38,330 nucleotides of DNA from a virus (lineage: Duplodnaviria; Caudoviricetes): positions 1 through 38,330 of IMG/VR virus record IMGVR_UViG_3300035235_000641; one strand, 5' to 3'. The notes below the pieces were generated by a model, which searched no databases, was not told the DNA's origin, and saw only the letters and a program-made list of their open reading frames with translations. Positions 35,478-38,330 of this stretch are shown piece by piece. The position numbers and the translations under genes are program-made. Positions within the stretch are counted from its first letter, which is position 1, and each line of letters starts with the position of its first letter.

Positions 35478-36962
35478 ATGGCATATGTAATCAATTTAAC
35501 AAATGGACAGCAGTTAACCACCGTTGAAGATGGCACCATTGACCAAAGCACTACTATTAAGTTAGTAGGTAAAAATTATGCTGGTTATGGCGAAATCCAA
35601 AACGAAAACTTTGTACATTTGATGGAAAGTTTTTCCAGTGGCAATTCACCAGCTAATCCTTTATCAGGACAGATTTGGTTTGATAGCTCGGTAAAAAAAC
35701 TAAAGTTTTATGACGGAACAAAATTTAGAACAACAGGTGGTGCTGAAGTAGCTACCACACAACCGGTAGGATTAACTACTGGTGATTTTTGGTGGGATAG
35801 TGGTAACAACCAATTATACGCACAAAACGCAGACGGTGGATTTGTCCTAATTGGTCCGCAGTCTATAGGCGAAACAGTAAGTGCTATGGTTACAGCACAA
35901 GTAAGAGATACTTCACAAAATAATAGAACAATTATTAAAGGTACTGTTGATGACGGAGTTGTGTTTATTGTAAGTAACGCAGAATTTACTATTGACCAAA
36001 CAGACCCTGCTAACGTAATTACTGGTTATGATGTAATTAGACAAGGTGTTACACTAAGAAATACAACATCAGGTACAAACGGTGTTACAGCATCGGCTCA
36101 TAGATTCCATGGTACAGCAACTAATGCTGAAGCATTAGGCGGCGTACTTGCGGCAAACTTTGTACAAAATACACCAGGACAAGAAAGTTCATTTGGTGAT
36201 ATTGTAAGATTTGCTGATGCTGGATATACAGTTGGTGCGGCAAACGATTTAAAAGTTTATATTGATACAGCAGGCGCAGGTAATGAAGGCGTTATTGAAA
36301 ATACAACCGGACAAAAAATTAGATTTAAAGTTAAATCTAGTGGTTATGTAACAACAGAACCGTTTCATGTTTCAGCAGTTGGATTAATGCCAACAGCAAC
36401 TACAACATATGATATTGGTAGTAGTTCAATTAAGTTTAGAAACATATATGCTACATCGTTTAACGGTCTAGCAACTAACGCTACTAACTTACAAGTTGGA
36501 TCAAATTATAGAACAGGTGACGTTAACCCTACTAACAATACAGTAGCAGTACGTGACTCAAGTGGTAATATATCAGCAAACATATTCAACGGTACTTCAA
36601 CAAGTGCTAGATATGCTGACTTAGCAGAAGTTTATACAACTGATCAAGATTACCCAACAGGTACAGCAATGTGTGTAGGCGGTGACGCTGAAACAACAGC
36701 GGCAAAAACAAGTAGTCATTGTATTGGTGTTATATCCGCAGAACCAGCATACTTAATGAACAGCGACTGTGATGGTCAAGCAATTGGACTTAAAGGTCGT
36801 GTTCCAGTAAGAGTAAAAGGTGCCGTAGCAAAAGGTGATCCTATTTACGCTTGGGAAGATGGAGTATGTTCAACTATTGCGGGAACAGCTTTAGTTGGTA
36901 TTGCGCTAGAGGCTAGTGACGATGAGTCAGAAAAGTTAATTGAGTGTGTACTTAAAGTATAA
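35478..36962 (+). CDS. Tail fibre paralog 3 with C-terminal intramolecular-chaperone-like domain
   Basis: Shared N-terminal module; ARYADLAEVY...GVISAEPAYLMN...GLKGRVPVRVKG (peptidase G2-like). Confidence 0.75.
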   Translation: MAYVINLTNGQQLTTVEDGTIDQSTTIKLVGKNYAGYGEIQNENFVHLMESFSSGNSPANPLSGQIWFDSSVKKLKFYDGTKFRTTGGAEVATTQPVGLTTGDFWWDSGNNQLYAQNADGGFVLIGPQSIGETVSAMVTAQVRDTSQNNRTIIKGTVDDGVVFIVSNAEFTIDQTDPANVITGYDVIRQGVTLRNTTSGTNGVTASAHRFHGTATNAEALGGVLAANFVQNTPGQESSFGDIVRFADAGYTVGAANDLKVYIDTAGAGNEGVIENTTGQKIRFKVKSSGYVTTEPFHVSAVGLMPTATTTYDIGSSSIKFRNIYATSFNGLATNATNLQVGSNYRTGDVNPTNNTVAVRDSSGNISANIFNGTSTSARYADLAEVYTTDQDYPTGTAMCVGGDAETTAAKTSSHCIGVISAEPAYLMNSDCDGQAIGLKGRVPVRVKGAVAKGDPIYAWEDGVCSTIAGTALVGIALEASDDESEKLIECVLKV

Positions 36963-36965
36963 GTA
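36958..36965 (+). promoter_or_regulatory. Late promoter variant TATAAGTA
   Basis: One mismatch to TATAAATA, overlapping TAA stop at 36960-36962. Confidence 0.5.
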
Positions 36966-36981
36966 TTAAAAAGGAAGCATT

Positions 36982-37896
36982 ATGGCAGTAGGCGATACAA
37001 TTACCGCGGCGCGGTACAATAATATTAGAGCAAGAATAGCAGGAGTATTAGGACTAGGATCTGGTGACGAGGGTTACGGGCAAGCAGTGACTAGTAGTAC
37101 AGTAGCAGTTGGAGCAACAGTAACAGCTCAACATATGTCAAACTTATCTACTGATATGACAAAGTGTAGATTACACCAAACAGGTTCAGTTCCAACAGAA
37201 GTAGCAGTTCCTAGTGTAGGTGATACTATTTTAGATTCAAATACAACTAACAAAGAAGGATATGCTCAGTACGAAGCATTAAGTATTACAGCTCAAAGTT
37301 CAAGACTTTCTGTCGCAGGATCCCAATTAGGATTACAATCAGGTACATCAAGCCAAAGAACATCAAGCTGGTCAACTGATATTAATCATATTTTTACAGT
37401 TACTTTTGGTGGCTATTCGGTTACTAACGGTGATGGTAGTGTTACTACAGTTAGCGGTGCTAATCATATGCGTGTGTATTTTAACGCAGGTGGAACAATT
37501 AATTTAAGCGGAACTATTGGTAGTGGCAATACAACTATCAACAACGACTGGCGTAATTTAATGAATAGTGTTGGTACAGTTGTATTTGGAAGATCAAATA
37601 CTTCAAACGGTTCAGTAGGCACTAGTTATGGATATTCAAATTTACCTAGTAGTTATACAACGGTCTTTAACAAAAATGCGTCAGCATATTCAGCAAACGA
37701 TTATTTAATTGAAGCTCAAAAGAGTGGGGCAGTGCTTACATTTAGAATTACATTTAATGAAGATAAAGGTCCAAATCCAAACTATGATGAAGCAGTTACA
37801 GCAACTACAACAAGTACGGCACAGCAAAACAGACCTAATAACTCAAACAGCGTAAACATTTCAGCGCCAACTTTCAGTACTACAAACAACCTCTAA
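36982..37896 (+). CDS. Ser/Thr/Gly-rich virion structural protein
   Basis: 304 aa, beta-rich composition, AAGGA SD, within fibre cluster. Confidence 0.6.
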   Translation: MAVGDTITAARYNNIRARIAGVLGLGSGDEGYGQAVTSSTVAVGATVTAQHMSNLSTDMTKCRLHQTGSVPTEVAVPSVGDTILDSNTTNKEGYAQYEALSITAQSSRLSVAGSQLGLQSGTSSQRTSSWSTDINHIFTVTFGGYSVTNGDGSVTTVSGANHMRVYFNAGGTINLSGTIGSGNTTINNDWRNLMNSVGTVVFGRSNTSNGSVGTSYGYSNLPSSYTTVFNKNASAYSANDYLIEAQKSGAVLTFRITFNEDKGPNPNYDEAVTATTTSTAQQNRPNNSNSVNISAPTFSTTNNL

Positions 37897-37899
37897 GAG

Positions 37900-37934
37900 T
37901 AAATAGTTATACTATAAACTAGGAGTATAACTAT
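37900..37934 (+). promoter_or_regulatory. Late promoter TAAATA plus RBS/start-codon-sequestering hairpin
   Basis: TAAATA 37900-37905; perfect 11-bp inverted repeat ATAGTTATACT (37903-37913) / AGTATAACTAT (37924-37934); AGGAG 37921-37925; ATG 37933. Confidence 0.75.
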
Positions 37935-38271
37935 GGACGAAAAATTAGAGAAAGCACTTGACTTCTCAAATTTTACTACTACCCTTAACTCTCAGAAGCG
38001 TATACTTCTTGAAACATATTACGGTGATCTTATTCTATATTATAAAGGTGGAAAGTTTAGTATTACGAAAGAACTATTAACTTTCTGTCATGTGTTAAAG
38101 ACACCAAATACTATACTAGTTGATGACAATAATACTCCTATTCAAATTGACGACTTACAAGACTTTACAACATTAGCTCATCAAAAGTATGCTGATGCTA
38201 CAAACAAGTATCTTACAAGTTATAAAGAGATTAGCAAAAATCGTAGTGTAGAAGGTTTGGTACATGTCTAA
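37933..38271 (+). CDS. Hypothetical protein
   Basis: 112 aa, strong AGGAG SD. Confidence 0.75.
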   Translation: MDEKLEKALDFSNFTTTLNSQKRILLETYYGDLILYYKGGKFSITKELLTFCHVLKTPNTILVDDNNTPIQIDDLQDFTTLAHQKYADATNKYLTSYKEISKNRSVEGLVHV

Positions 38272-38330
38272 TGGTGTTTTATGCTTTGCTCATAATAACG
38301 GAAAAGTTGATTATATCAAGCAAGCAATAG
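38264..38330 (+). CDS. 5' end of a truncated ORF (MSNGVLCFAHNNGKVDYIKQAI...), possibly glycosyltransferase-like
   Basis: ATG 38264 overlapping upstream stop, GAAGG upstream, open to window end; only 22 codons visible. Confidence 0.55.
   Translation, partial: MSNGVLCFAHNNGKVDYIKQAI

Noticed and set aside
31525-37896. Diversity-generating retroelement or invertible fibre cassette
   Set aside because: No reverse transcriptase, recombinase, or near-identical template/variable repeat pair noticed in the window

Overview
Fragment of an AT-rich, large T4-like (myovirus-type) phage genome with two divergent blocks. The minus-strand block (140-4492) encodes a gp55-like late sigma factor, gp47/gp46 (Mre11/Rad50-like) recombination nuclease, a small ORF and a stand-alone GIY-YIG nuclease, driven by two near-consensus sigma70 promoters. 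The plus-strand block (4577-end) is a late contractile-tail baseplate and fibre cluster: tube initiator, gp53-like, hub, gp5-like spike with a C-terminal GH19 lysozyme, PAAR, gp25, gp6, a 4979-aa mosaic wedge protein, three paralogous fibres and more, with TAAATA late-promoter boxes in the gaps. The most intriguing unexplained signal is a GC-rich (50%), hairpin-rich, apparently non-coding segment (1-139) starting right after the GIY-YIG stop codon and running off the window: a candidate nuclease-associated structured RNA. Two promoter-inside-RBS-hairpin switches and a back-to-back gp55/late promoter pair are also visible. All product calls come from motif recognition by eye; no searches were run.
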